From Thermodesulfobacteriota bacterium (GTDB taxonomy: Bacteria > Desulfobacterota > Desulfarculia > JACQYL01), in the NCBI GenBank assembly GCA_963675595.2, contig CAXXLZ010000001.1, forward strand, positions 480,001 to 544,000: a DNA stretch of 64,000 nucleotides, given 5' to 3'. The notes under the pieces are model-generated. The model had not been told where the DNA came from and did no database searches. It saw only the letters and a program-made list of their open reading frames with translations. The translations under genes were made by a program, and so were the position numbers. Of the stretch, positions 20,838-31,231 are shown piece after piece. The first letter of the stretch is position 1, and every line of letters starts with the position of its first letter.

Positions 20838-23800
20838 ATGCTGAAGCCGATCAAGGTGGTGGTGGCGATTTGTTGTTTCTGGGTAGTCCTCCTATCCTCT
20901 CCGGCAGCCCGGGCTGTGGACTGCCTTCTTTTCTACGAAGATTTTTCCGGCCTTTCCGTCAATTCCTGGGACTATTCCATCGGCAACTGGGTTGAACTGA
21001 ACGGCGCACTTTCCATATCGGGCATCGGCCCCAACTCACTGGCCATAGCCGACACAACCTTTTACGTCGACCAACTCTACCAAATCGACGTTGATGTGGA
21101 AGTCGTCGCCTCGGGCACCGACACGGTTTTCGGCATATACACCCTGACCCTTGGCAACACCTTCCTAAACATAGAGGGGCGCTCGTCGGACGGTGTGGCG
21201 GCCATGGTGTATCCGGGACAAGGTGTCGCCCATCTCAGCGGTTGGGACGTAGACCAATTTGAGTGGTTCGATTCCAACACCGTAACGTTTACCGGCCCTC
21301 TGACGTCCATCGGGTTTTCCCTGTCTGATACGCAGGCCGTGCTCCGTTTGAACAAGCAGGCTACCGCAGCGGTTCTTTCCGGCGACTTCGACCGTGTTCC
21401 TTGGCTGTGGGATGCCCTGTGGCTGCTGGCCGAAGGCGCGGACACCCAGTTGCGGTTCGACAATATATGCGCGGACACTCCGGGCTGGGGTTCCACGTCC
21501 TATTTGACGGTGACCGGAACAGGGTCGGGGAGCGGAACGGTCACCAGTTCCGACGGAGGCATCTCCTGCGGTTCCGATTGCTCCGAATCCTACAGCGGCG
21601 CCGCCACTGTGACTTTGACCGCCACACCTGACCCGGGATCAACATTCGCCGGTTGGACCGGAGGCGGCTGCTCGGGCATCGGGACCTGCACCTTAGCCGT
21701 GAGCGGGAGCGTTTCGGTCACCGCCGCCTTTGACACGGCAGGCACGGGTGAGATCGTTTACGACGGCATCTGGAAAGACACCGCCCAGACCATGAATTTC
21801 TACGTACAGACCTACGCCGCCGGATCAGCCCTCGTGGTTGCCAGTTCGGACCTTCAGACCTTCTACACCTTCTTGGATCCGGACTTCTCAGACGGGGTAG
21901 ACACGGACGACATGGCAGGAGGGAACCACCATCTGAGTCTCTCATTCGCCTCGTCCGGTCAGGCTTCGGCCGTGCTGACGCCTTCAGGTTCCTCGCCCCG
22001 GATATACACCATCTCCAAATCCTTCGGACCGGCGACGGTGGCCACCCACGACGGGATATGGAAGTCCCCTTCCTGCCAGGCCGGAACCATGAACTACTAT
22101 GTGCAGTCCTACGACACGGGCGCCGGCATTGTGATCGCCACGGCGGACTTGGCCAAGTTGTACGTGTTTCTGGATTCGGATATTTCCGACGGCATGGACA
22201 CGGCGGACCTGGCCGGTACCGGGGCGCATCTGACACTGGCGTTGAGCGCCGCTCAGACCGACACCATGGTCCGGTGTTTTGCCGCACCCCACGATGCGAC
22301 AACAGGGATCCCCACGGCCTCTTGCAGCCTCACGGGCATGGGACCGAGCCCCGGTCCAGGGGTCATTTACGGTCCCGGGGGCAGTTCCATTGTACTGCCC
22401 GATGAAACCATCCCCGGAGCCTCGGTGACCATTTCCGCCGCGGACGCTTCGGAGGTGGTGGAAACGGGAGAAACGTCCGTGTCCCAAGCGGTCAAGGTCT
22501 CCGTCGGCGGCACACAGGAGCCCCTCAGCGGCGATGGTTTCATCAAGGTGAGCCTGCCCGTGGACGGCGACGTGACCGATCCCGCGAAATTGACCATGAA
22601 AACCAGGCTGACCACCGGCTTGGTGCTGCCCGTTTATGGGACCTACGATGCGACTTCCAAAACCTACTCGGTGGACGTGGCGGCCCTGCACGACGGCTGG
22701 GTATTCGGCGTGGTGGTCCAGCCCCACCAAACGCTCTACCTCGACACGGGCAGTGTCGGTCCCGCGGCCTGGCAAACGGAATACGATTGGGAAACCTTTT
22801 CGTGGCATGTTTTGGATCACACGGCTGATCCGACCAAGGCTCTCACCGACGCACAGGTAAGGGAAATACAGTCCGCCGCCCGGTCGGCGGCCCAGACCCT
22901 GTCCAATGCCCAGTATCGAGCGCCCAAACTCTGGTTATCCACCAAAACCAACCCCCCTGCCCGCGTCATTCACGTCACGGAAGGATTGCTCAGATTTCGT
23001 CAGCCTGGAGACGAAGAAAGCGCCGACTTCTCCCTGGTGAGCAAGACGGAAGAAGAGATGCTGGCCCTGGGCCAAATGCACCTGGATTATGTCAAAATCA
23101 AAAGCTACGTTCCCATGGGAATCCACCTGAACCACGTCGTCATTCATGAAATGTTCCATGCCGTTCAGGCCGGATACGACATTCGCTGTGCCTGGGGGCA
23201 GGGTACCCATTCCCTCAAGCCCTATTACGAGGGTACAGCCGCCCCGCTGGGCCAATCGTACCAGGAGAACAACGGCTCCATTACCGGCCCCGCCGCCGTG
23301 GTAAGGAATATCGTGGGCGGCAGCGCCGAATATGCCATGCTCAATCGGGCGGTGGACGACTACACCGTTCGTGGCGAGAACAACGACTTCTATTCCAAGC
23401 AGGATTTCTTCACGTACGTCACCCGTAGGTACAACAACCACGACTGGTCCTTCCTAACGTCGCTCTTCGAGGAAATGTCCACTGAAACGCAGAACAAATT
23501 CGGACTGTCCATGGCCCAATACAAAGGCTTGTACCGGAAAGCCCTAAATCGCTGGGTGTCGTTTTGGACGGGTAAAAGCCTCCCGGAAGTCTACTTCACT
23601 TACGCCCTGGATCGGGCGTACAAACATGGTCCGGACGCGATCCTAAGGTCCGGCGATTCCGCGTTCACGCCCAACAATCTGGCCGGCTCACTGTTTTCCG
23701 TTTCAGGTGGCGACTGGCTCCACGTAGACAAAAATAAGTCCGAGCTGGACCCCATCGAGCCGTTGTCCACCAAATACGTGGGCGTTCTGGTTCCCGACGA

Positions 23801-24500
23801 CCTTCTGACGGAATCGGACGGCACGCTGCCGCTGTCTTTCACCATCGAGGGCGCCCAACTCTCGTCCGATCAGATACGCATTGTCATCTTCAGGGAAAAC
23901 GAAGATGAGGTCATGGTGACTCCGGATGGGCAGATCGAAGTTACGGATATAGCCGAACCCATTGCGGTGGCGGTAAACAAAGACGTGCCGGTTCTGAAGG
24001 TTCTCATTATGAACGGAAGCGTTGAGGACAAGACCGCCGATGTGCAGGTCGAAATTTCCGGCGCACAAAGCATGATCGACTATCGCCTCAACTTCGCAGC
24101 TTCGCAATCCGCACCCTGCCTTATGAGCGCAACGAGCGATCCCACCCCTTACACTGTAAATTGGCAGGGGAGCGCCTTCACAGGGTCACGACCTGCCGAT
24201 GGGCTGCATGGTTTCGACTCCATACAGGGGCAAGCCGAAGCCGACCTCTCATCCATCGGCGAGATTACCATTCAGCGGCATTTGGACGGAGAATCCAGTC
24301 AGGTCGTTTTGGAGGTGACTCTTACCGATTTGCCGAGAACAACCTCGGAATCAGGGGCTTCGGTCTTTTACGTGGACGGTCAATCGTTGCTCAGCCACGT
24401 ATCATCGGCTCGGGCAATCTGCGGGGGCGGCGAATACCAAGCTCTCGAAGCCGATGGAATTCTTGGGGAATCCTATGTGCGCATTCAACTCGCGAAGTAA
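20838..24500 (+). CDS. Large secreted multidomain protein with InlB B-repeat-like domain and HEXXH metallopeptidase motif
   Basis: Signal peptide; LTVTGTGSGSGTVTS...CGSDC...TFAGWTGGGC; duplicated DGIWK...MNxYVQ domain; VIHEMFHAVQ followed by YYEGTA. Confidence 0.85.
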   Translation: MLKPIKVVVAICCFWVVLLSSPAARAVDCLLFYEDFSGLSVNSWDYSIGNWVELNGALSISGIGPNSLAIADTTFYVDQLYQIDVDVEVVASGTDTVFGIYTLTLGNTFLNIEGRSSDGVAAMVYPGQGVAHLSGWDVDQFEWFDSNTVTFTGPLTSIGFSLSDTQAVLRLNKQATAAVLSGDFDRVPWLWDALWLLAEGADTQLRFDNICADTPGWGSTSYLTVTGTGSGSGTVTSSDGGISCGSDCSESYSGAATVTLTATPDPGSTFAGWTGGGCSGIGTCTLAVSGSVSVTAAFDTAGTGEIVYDGIWKDTAQTMNFYVQTYAAGSALVVASSDLQTFYTFLDPDFSDGVDTDDMAGGNHHLSLSFASSGQASAVLTPSGSSPRIYTISKSFGPATVATHDGIWKSPSCQAGTMNYYVQSYDTGAGIVIATADLAKLYVFLDSDISDGMDTADLAGTGAHLTLALSAAQTDTMVRCFAAPHDATTGIPTASCSLTGMGPSPGPGVIYGPGGSSIVLPDETIPGASVTISAADASEVVETGETSVSQAVKVSVGGTQEPLSGDGFIKVSLPVDGDVTDPAKLTMKTRLTTGLVLPVYGTYDATSKTYSVDVAALHDGWVFGVVVQPHQTLYLDTGSVGPAAWQTEYDWETFSWHVLDHTADPTKALTDAQVREIQSAARSAAQTLSNAQYRAPKLWLSTKTNPPARVIHVTEGLLRFRQPGDEESADFSLVSKTEEEMLALGQMHLDYVKIKSYVPMGIHLNHVVIHEMFHAVQAGYDIRCAWGQGTHSLKPYYEGTAAPLGQSYQENNGSITGPAAVVRNIVGGSAEYAMLNRAVDDYTVRGENNDFYSKQDFFTYVTRRYNNHDWSFLTSLFEEMSTETQNKFGLSMAQYKGLYRKALNRWVSFWTGKSLPEVYFTYALDRAYKHGPDAILRSGDSAFTPNNLAGSLFSVSGGDWLHVDKNKSELDPIEPLSTKYVGVLVPDDLLTESDGTLPLSFTIEGAQLSSDQIRIVIFRENEDEVMVTPDGQIEVTDIAEPIAVAVNKDVPVLKVLIMNGSVEDKTADVQVEISGAQSMIDYRLNFAASQSAPCLMSATSDPTPYTVNWQGSAFTGSRPADGLHGFDSIQGQAEADLSSIGEITIQRHLDGESSQVVLEVTLTDLPRTTSESGASVFYVDGQSLLSHVSSARAICGGGEYQALEADGILGESYVRIQLAK

Positions 24501-24560
24501 ACCGAAGCATGGGACAAAACGAGTTGCCGTCGGTTTGCGGCCAATTAAGCTCGGGAGCAA

Positions 24561-25112
24561 ATGGGTCTTCTTGAGTACAATCTGCTCCATTTGATCGCCG
24601 TTCCGGAATCCAATAAGGCCTTCTGCAGGGCCATAGGTGAGGCTCACAGGCGCTACACCCGAATGATCAATTTTCGAGAGGGCCGGCGGAGCCAATTACG
24701 GCAGGGTCGATTTGCCTCGTTTCACATGGACGAGCCGCATCTTCTCCTCGCTACGCACTACATCGAACTGAATCCCGTCAAAACGGGTATGGTGATGGCT
24801 CCGGCATCGTACACGCGGAGCAGTGCGGCGGCTCGCCTGTGCGGAAAGGACGATCCCCTGCTTATGGATTCGCCGCTACCGGAAATGGTCCCGGATTGGG
24901 GACGATTTCTCTCTGAGGGTGTGGACAAAGAAGAAATCCGGCTGCCGCAACGGCATGAGCCCACCGGTCGGCCTTTGGGGAGCGTGTATTTCATCGATCG
25001 TTTGGAAAGTATGCTCGGCCGTGCGCCGTGGGCCTCGCAAGGCGGGAAGAAAAGCCAAAACACCGGGGAAATAAGGAGGATAACCTCTTATTGTACCGGA
25101 TCGATGCTTTGA
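24561..25112 (+). pseudogene. REP-associated tyrosine transposase (RAYT/Y1) remnant, 5' truncated
   Basis: HLIAVP...AHRRYTRMINFREG...QGRFAS...YIELNPVK; N-terminal half and first His of the HUH motif are missing. Confidence 0.8.
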
Positions 25113-25113
25113 T

Positions 25114-25467
25114 TTGGTATGGATGTCCCACAATTACGAATTCGACAAACCAAAGGACCCGGTCTGCGCCATGACATGGCTGGGAATCGGTTTCTTCTTT
25201 CTAGGCGGGGTTTCTTACTCTGTTCCCTTTTTCCCGGCGGGGATTTTTTTGGGCGTGGGCAGGGGCGTGGTCATGCCGCTGCCCACGGCCACCGTCTTTA
25301 GCCTTTCCCAGCCAAGGTTCAGAGCGCGCAACACCAACCTCGCCATAACGGCGTTTCAGGGCGGCTTTTTCATGGGCCCGATCCTTGGAGGCGCGGCCCT
25401 GCTCCATTGGGATGATAGGGTCTTATGCCGCGTCGGGGATCGTCTTGTTCATGGCAGCGGCCCTTAG
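25114..25467 (+). pseudogene. MFS transporter C-terminal fragment
   Basis: GIFLGVGRGVVMP...AFQGGFFMGPILGG; covers only the last TM helices, and the final helix continues in another frame. Confidence 0.6.
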
Positions 25468-26522
25468 GTTCGTGGTAGAAGTTCGGAACGGGCCCAGTCT
25501 TCGTGAACCATACGGAAAATCTCCCGGGAGCGGTCCAGAAGTATCTGAATGCCGTCCCAGTCGGGGGTGTGACACAGGCGCTGCATCAGGAGGCCATCCG
25601 TGTCGAACCAGCGAGGCAGAAGGCCCCCCAGAAAGTAGCCTCGGCGCCGCAGGCATTCCACGGCCCAACCCACCGAAGGCGACCCCAAAGGCAGCCACAC
25701 CTGATATACGGTGACATCCCCGGCTGCGGCTTCAGACTCCCTGACCGCCATAACGGTCTCAAAATCTTCGCCTATCTCCAACACGCTGATACGAGAGACT
25801 CGGGCCGCCTCGTATGTATCGGACGCGATCCGCGAACGATGTTCCTCCGGGGGAAGTTGAGGCGAAGGCGTGAATTTCCTTTCTTCTTTCAGACCTTCGT
25901 ATAGAAAGCGCAATGCATGATCGTAGATTTTCGGCGGATATACCGTGTGAGGATAGGGTTTCAGCGTATGGTATCCATGAAAAGAAGAGACCCGCTTCTG
26001 CGTGCCGCCTTCCTGAAACGTGAGGTCGACTTCCAGTCCCATGACCACGTTGCCGACACGCTGTGCGAGCCTTTGGGTGAACAGATGGCTGCAGATATGC
26101 TCTCCGTATATTCCTTCCCCACCGAATTCGGGGACCATCCGCATACCCCGCGTCGCCATTCGCGGAAGCAGCCAGGCCCTCTTCCGATAGGCAGGCAACA
26201 CCAGACCGGCCCCGCCTTCGAACACCTTTTTGCTGGGAGCAATCGGGTAAAAGGCGTTATGTCCCACAATATCGCCCCGCGGTGTGCGGCTGACGCAGGA
26301 GAGTATCTCCCCTTTCCGATTGGCCGCAATCAACGCCTGAGGATCGTAGTAGGTTTTGATCGGATAATCGTCGTGATAAACCGCCCGGAACAGGTGCGCC
26401 ACGCCGGGGGCATCTTCCGGCCGCATCACATCCACTTCCACATCCTGATCGGGAGGGATGACCGGTACATCCGTTGTTTCAAGGACTTCACCGTTTTGAG
26501 CCATTTTTCCCTTATATTCCAA
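25464..26522 (-). CDS. GNAT-like N-acetyltransferase domain protein
   Basis: MRPEDAPGVAHLFRAVY, GLVLPAYRK, GYFLGGLLPRWF. Confidence 0.7.
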   Translation of the reverse strand: MEYKGKMAQNGEVLETTDVPVIPPDQDVEVDVMRPEDAPGVAHLFRAVYHDDYPIKTYYDPQALIAANRKGEILSCVSRTPRGDIVGHNAFYPIAPSKKVFEGGAGLVLPAYRKRAWLLPRMATRGMRMVPEFGGEGIYGEHICSHLFTQRLAQRVGNVVMGLEVDLTFQEGGTQKRVSSFHGYHTLKPYPHTVYPPKIYDHALRFLYEGLKEERKFTPSPQLPPEEHRSRIASDTYEAARVSRISVLEIGEDFETVMAVRESEAAAGDVTVYQVWLPLGSPSVGWAVECLRRRGYFLGGLLPRWFDTDGLLMQRLCHTPDWDGIQILLDRSREIFRMVHEDWARSELLPRT

Positions 26523-27082
26523 ATAGTAAACAGCTTTTCATTTTCCGACCCGAGGCACGTCATTACAAGCACTGCCATGCACGAAGATTTCAGCACCATT
26601 TGCCATACGCAAGGGAGACTCTCAAGAAAAATCTCTTGGCAGAAGCGGGGGACGTTGTTGATTAACGTGACAAAACGCGGTAGCGGCTCGAGTAGTAAAG
26701 ACGCGGACGGATTGTCTCGGATCATGGATTGTCCGCTGAAGAATAGAAATGCACGAAATCCACCCCGTGCCCTTTTCGCGAGATATTTTAGATGAAAGCC
26801 AAGATTTCCTCAGTTGTGATGGATGATAGGTGCATGTTGCCGAAATGGTTCTGAAATTTATCAAGGATGAACGCCCAATTCCGCGAGGTATTTATTTTGA
26901 CATTTGTCCGCCGGTAATTCGAAAATGGGTAACGCACTGGGAAATCTTCATGACGATCCTTCCTTGCTTGTGGATCATGGAAATTTTTGACGCCGCTCGG
27001 TCAAATTGATTATTGTTAAAGATGCCAAGGATCTTACAGCCGGGATGTTTCATTGTATCGCTTATAGCAGGACGAGCCGATT

Positions 27083-27319
27083 ATGCCTACGGTGAAGGAC
27101 ATTGGTGGACCGTACCGATTCTACTTCTACAGTTTCGACTGTAATGAACCGAGACATGTCCATGTTCAGCGCGAGAAACTTGTCTGCAAATTTTGGCTCG
27201 AACCCGTAGCTTTGAGCAAGAACTTCGGTTTTTCACCAAGGGAGCTCAATGCAATTCGACAGATCATCAGCTCCAATCGGAATACTATTTGGGAGGCATG
27301 GAATGAGCATTGCGGTTAA
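27083..27319 (+). CDS. DUF4160 protein (putative toxin-antitoxin component)
   Basis: MPTV..GPYRFYFYS..EPRHVHV..KFWLEP..EAWNEH. Confidence 0.88.
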   Translation: MPTVKDIGGPYRFYFYSFDCNEPRHVHVQREKLVCKFWLEPVALSKNFGFSPRELNAIRQIISSNRNTIWEAWNEHCG

Positions 27320-27602
27320 TGTGATCGAACCCAGGCTATTGAACATTCAACTCACTGAAGATGAGATTATAGTCCACCTTGTGGACGGCCGTACGATCAG
27401 CGTTCCGCTTGCATGGTCTTGGCGGCTTTCGGAGGCTACTCCCGACCAGCGTAGGAACTTCGAGATTATCGGAGACGGGCTGGGCATTCGCTGGCCGGAC
27501 ATAGATGAAGACATCAGCGTGGAGGGGATGCTTTGTGGTTCCCCGGCGCATCGTCCAAAAAGTAAGTCCAAGCCGCACGGCGCGCCTGCGACAGCGAAAT
27601 AA
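27303..27602 (+). CDS. DUF2442 protein (partner of DUF4160)
   Basis: LVDGRTISVPLAWSWRL...GIRWPDIDEDISVEG; overlaps the DUF4160 gene. Confidence 0.88.
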   Translation: MSIAVNVIEPRLLNIQLTEDEIIVHLVDGRTISVPLAWSWRLSEATPDQRRNFEIIGDGLGIRWPDIDEDISVEGMLCGSPAHRPKSKSKPHGAPATAK

Positions 27603-27683
27603 CGGTCCGCCGAAAAGTGTTTTTTTCGGTCATCTTGATAAGATGCGCTGACTCGCGTGCATCGGACCCCGATTACGCCGGGC

Positions 27684-27926
27684 TGCTTTGATGGTCTTCT
27701 CCCTGAGTCCTTTGACGGCGCCCTCGGCGCTGGGCATGCCGCAGTTCAACTCAACCATCACACTATCCTATCCTTGAACATCGACCGGCTCTCCACAGGG
27801 ATCCTCCTTCGAACGAGAACTCATCCCCCGACTCGGAGTGCGGATTTCGTGGAATTCTGCTTTCCTAGGGGCGGGCCACAGCGCCTGCCCCGATTTCGGC
27901 CAGGGCATTGTCTTCGCCACGCCCCC
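27684..27926 (+). repeat. Repeat family D, downstream of DUF4160/DUF2442
   Basis: Aligns with 20397-20632; contains CTAGGGGCGGGC-CACAGC-GCCTGCCCC. Confidence 0.8.
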
Positions 27927-27989
27927 TCCTGGGAGCGCCGAGCCCCGGCTCGGCAAACATCGCCTCATCCAAGCGAACAATACTCAGCC

Positions 27990-28068
27990 TGGCCGCGCGG
28001 AAATCCGCTCTCTGAATTTGGGGTATGGTTTCGTAGGTTCAGGCCACAGTGCCTGCCCTGGTTTCGGC
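27990..28068 (+). repeat. Repeat family E with GTAG-tagged REP
   Basis: Direct repeat of 29309-29388, with 40 bp identical (TTTCGTAGGTTCAGGCCACAGTGCCTGCCCTGGTTTCGGC). Confidence 0.88.
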
Positions 28069-28124
28069 TCCCAAGGCGAACCCTCGTGTACAAGTCTTTT
28101 TCGATGGTCACAGCCGGGGTGGAA

Positions 28125-28270
28125 TTCCGTTCGGTGGGAACATCGGCAAGACGGAATCGTCCACCAAGTTTAGACCTCGTTCCGGGCTGTTTGGGGCCGG
28201 CGGGTTGAACCTTGCGTGTCGTACCGAGCCCTACCGGACACACTACCGGACACACTGGTGATTTCGAGTG
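28125..28270 (+). repeat. Repeat family C
   Basis: About 110 bp colinear with 18110-18220; includes a local duplication of CTACCGGACACA. Confidence 0.7.
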
Positions 28271-28304
28271 TTATGTGCAATGATGAGATCGAGGAGGGAA
28301 AATT

Positions 28305-28418
28305 ATGAAAACGGCAAAAGAGGAAGCAAGGTCCCTGATCGATAAATTGCCGGACGATTGTACGCTCGAAGATATTCAATACCACCTCTTTCAAAAGGTT
28401 CCCCCGCCTACCCTGTGA
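28305..28418 (+). pseudogene. Truncated putative antitoxin
   Basis: RBS gaggag; MKTAKEEARSLIDKLPDDCTLEDIQYHL resembles small RelE/ParE partner proteins, then breaks off at 37 aa. Confidence 0.65.
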
Positions 28419-28494
28419 ATAGACAAAACTAATGAAATCAAAGAGCGAAATTTCGCCCCAAATCTCGAAAACAGAAATGAAGGAAAATCACGCC

Positions 28495-28701
28495 ATGAAG
28501 GCCCCGTCAAATCGACAAAAGAGAAAAGGGATCGAATTTGTGGTGGATGAAGCCGGAGAAGAGAAGGCCGTTCTTATCGATCTCAAAAGGCATCGCGATT
28601 TATGGGAGGATTTTTACGACACTCTCCTGGCCCAAGAACGGCAAAATGAACCTCGTGAAACCTTGGATGACGTTCGAAAGCGAGTATTGGACAAACGATA
28701 A
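28495..28701 (+). CDS. Putative antitoxin
   Basis: IEFVVDEAGEEKAVLIDL...LWEDFYD; abuts the RelE gene. Confidence 0.75.
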   Translation: MKAPSNRQKRKGIEFVVDEAGEEKAVLIDLKRHRDLWEDFYDTLLAQERQNEPRETLDDVRKRVLDKR

Positions 28702-28962
28702 GTGCCGGAATATGTGATCACATTCGCGCGTTCGGTTCGAAAAGAGTTGGAGCTTCTCCCCCGAGACTTGGCCGAGCGTATACTCAACAGAATCGAATCC
28801 CTCAAAAAGAATCCTCGGCCGCGCGGCTGCCGGAAGCTTCAGGGGCCGAGTCAACTTTGGCGTATAAGAATAGGGGAATACAGAGTCGTTTATGCGATAG
28901 ACGACAAAAAGCAAATCGTTGATGTCTGCGTTGTGAGGCATCGAAGCGAAGCTTACGGATAA
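28702..28962 (+). CDS. RelE/ParE family toxin
   Basis: NPRPRGCRKLQG, WRIRIGEYRVVY, HRSEAY. Confidence 0.9.
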   Translation: MPEYVITFARSVRKELELLPRDLAERILNRIESLKKNPRPRGCRKLQGPSQLWRIRIGEYRVVYAIDDKKQIVDVCVVRHRSEAYG

Positions 28963-29308
28963 GCTGAAGATCAATTTTATGCATCGCTAATCTGCGAAAA
29001 TAGCAGACGTCTTCACACTACCCATCATTTGAATGGAAACAGCCTACCGCGAAAAGCGCGCATTGAGGCGCTGTCAAGACCTGCTGAGTTTGTCCCCCCC
29101 GTGAACAATCACCATCCCGCCATCCCCATTTCTCGGCGGAACCTTGAAAGACGCGATTTGCGGCCAACGCGACGCAAGCCCCCATTTCACGAGATTTTCG
29201 CGCCTTTTACAACGAGCCTAAAAAGTCCCTGCACCCGATCAGGGAGGGCCGAAACCGCTTCGGAGTGCCTCCGGATTTCCGGATACCCTCTCCCTCCACA
29301 TGCATGCT

Positions 29309-29388
29309 TGGCCGAGCGGAAATCACCTCTCTGAATTAGGAGTCCGGTTTTCGTAGGTTCAGGCCACAGTGCCTGCCCTGGTTTCGGC
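29309..29388 (+). repeat. Repeat family E, second copy
   Basis: Direct repeat of 27990-28068. Confidence 0.88.
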
Positions 29389-29799
29389 GGAACCCAGGAA
29401 TCCGTCGGGCTGAAACAACGAGCTATAGACCGCCGGTCTTCAACACCCCTTGAACACGATGGATGTATCAAAACCGGTTCCCGGCCCTTCCCCTGAAATC
29501 GCCCTCAAAAATGACGGGAATTACCCATTGACGGCACCCTTCTTTTGGAACATATAATCAAAAAGGAGGAAATGCCCTCTTTCGTCACAAAATCGTCCGT
29601 ACATCATCAACTCGCCGCAAGACGGAGTCGCCGCCTCCCGGTGACCTAAAGCGCCGACGATACATGGGCTCAAGCCGCCGACCTGCCTACACCTTCTGGC
29701 GGAGGAAGAGGGCATGATCGGTTTACCTAGACCGTAGGAGTCGAGAGGAGTCCGACCGGGCCTGTTTTGGTGCAGAAGAAGGGCCGGACAGGGAAGGGA

Positions 29800-29925
29800 C
29801 CGGCTGGGGGAGGCAAGTTGAGCCTTGCGTGTCGTATGGAACTCTACCGGATATGGTGTTTTCGGCCGCTTGCGAAATAACGGCCACATAAGGCAACCTG
29901 TTTTGTCGGTTTCGAGTGCAACCGA
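29800..29925 (+). repeat. Repeat family C, third copy
   Basis: GGCAAG..GAGCCTTGCGTGTCGT...CTACCGG...CGGCCACATAA...CGGTTTCGA matches 18180-18293. Confidence 0.7.
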
Positions 29926-30117
29926 AGTCTTTCGTCTCGTTTCTGTGCAATCAATGTGGCATACGGTTGGCTATGAATTCATTTCGTATAGTCGAGCAAA
30001 GTGTGTATCAGCCATAATGCAAGTATTATTAAGCGTTAAGGTTCATAAAGACCATTGTTGTTTGGAATGAAATAGTCAAAAGGCAATATCTGACCCAAAC
30101 TTGTCGTTAGGCATCAA

Positions 30118-30561
30118 ATGACGTGGACAACAGATCCAATCAAAGATGAACTTGTCTATATTGAAGCGGTAGAGATAAACGAGGATGAAGTGCGTGGCTT
30201 CGGATCTGAGGGGGACTTCGTTGCAAAGTCTGTTGATCTTTTGATCGAGGTGGGATCATATGTCTCCGTAGCTGCAAGTCTTTACCGGTCTGTCGACATG
30301 ACCTGGAACCGGGACGAGGCGGTCCTTGGTGGACATATGATTCGTCTCTATAAGCTTATTGACGCTCTTCTCGATCAGACCTGTAAAAACCGCCGCGAGA
30401 CTTCCTTTGCGATAGCGAGGCTTGTTTTTGAATGCATTGTTAATCTTCGATATCTGGTGACCAATTCTTCAGAGGAACTATTCCGAATCTATCGTTTGTA
30501 TTCATTGCAGCACGAGCTTCGGCTACTGAAGCGAATTGAAACGAATGTCAAGGCCACCTGA
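30118..30561 (+). pseudogene. AT-rich DUF5677-like gene truncated by an IS end
   Basis: IARLVFECIVNLRYL motif; the frame runs into the IS terminus at 30546 and stops 5 codons later. Confidence 0.6.
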
Positions 30562-30875
30562 TTTTGTCCACAAAACGCCGGGATAAAATGTCCACTAAAC
30601 AACGGTTTCATTGGGTTGATATGGGTCCGACGACTCGGGATGGCGGTTGCTTCGCCGGGCATTGAGAGCGGGGAACCGCCCGGCGCTTCCGCCGGCAATG
30701 TCTCTGCGCGAGCGGCGCGGCACTTATGGGGTGCCGCTTCTCCCGCTCGCCCGACATTGCGGCTTCGCGCCTTCCGCGAGTCGGTTACTCGCCATGCGGC
30801 TAAGCCGCGTCGGAGGTTTGAGCTTCCGTGATGTCGGCGCCGTGTGTGGAACCCACGAGGCCCGCTTTGCGCTTC
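30546..30875 (-). mobile_element. IS21-family terminal remnant
   Basis: TGTCAAGGCCACCTGATTTTGTCCACAAAACGCCGGGATAAAATGTCCAC: TG end with a doubled TGTCCAC subrepeat, as in IS21/IS5376-type ends. Confidence 0.6.
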
Positions 30876-30949
30876 TGGAATGCCCCCCGATAATTGGTCC
30901 ATGTATAATGAGAGTCTGAATGCCCAAAGAACGGAAGGAGACTTTTTGC

Positions 30950-31231
30950 ATGGCCAAGAGAAAGAGACACAGCGCGGAGCAAATCATCCGGAAACTTGAA
31001 GACGCGGACCGTCGTCTGACGGCAGGGCAGACGATAGCGCAGGTTTGCCAATCGCTGGAGGTGAGCGAGGCGACGTACCACCGGTGGCGAAACCAGTATG
31101 GGGGGATGAAGGCTGAGGAGGCCAAACGGCTAAAAGAACTGGAAAAGGAAAATGCACGCTTAAAAAAGCTGGTCGCCGATCTGATGTTGGACAAGGCAAT
31201 GCTGAAGGATCTTGCGGAGGGAAACTTCTAA
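30950..31231 (+). CDS. IS3 transposase OrfA
   Basis: HTH plus KRLKELEKENARLKKLVA leucine zipper. Confidence 0.92.
   Translation: MAKRKRHSAEQIIRKLEDADRRLTAGQTIAQVCQSLEVSEATYHRWRNQYGGMKAEEAKRLKELEKENARLKKLVADLMLDKAMLKDLAEGNF

Noticed and set aside
28200-28240. Group II intron domain V/VI in repeat C
   Set aside because: No catalytic-triad domain V hairpin and no reverse transcriptase remnant.
29957-29972. Sigma54 promoter TGGCATACGGTTGGCT
   Set aside because: GG-N10-GC spacing fits, but the -12 element deviates from TTGC and there is no other support.
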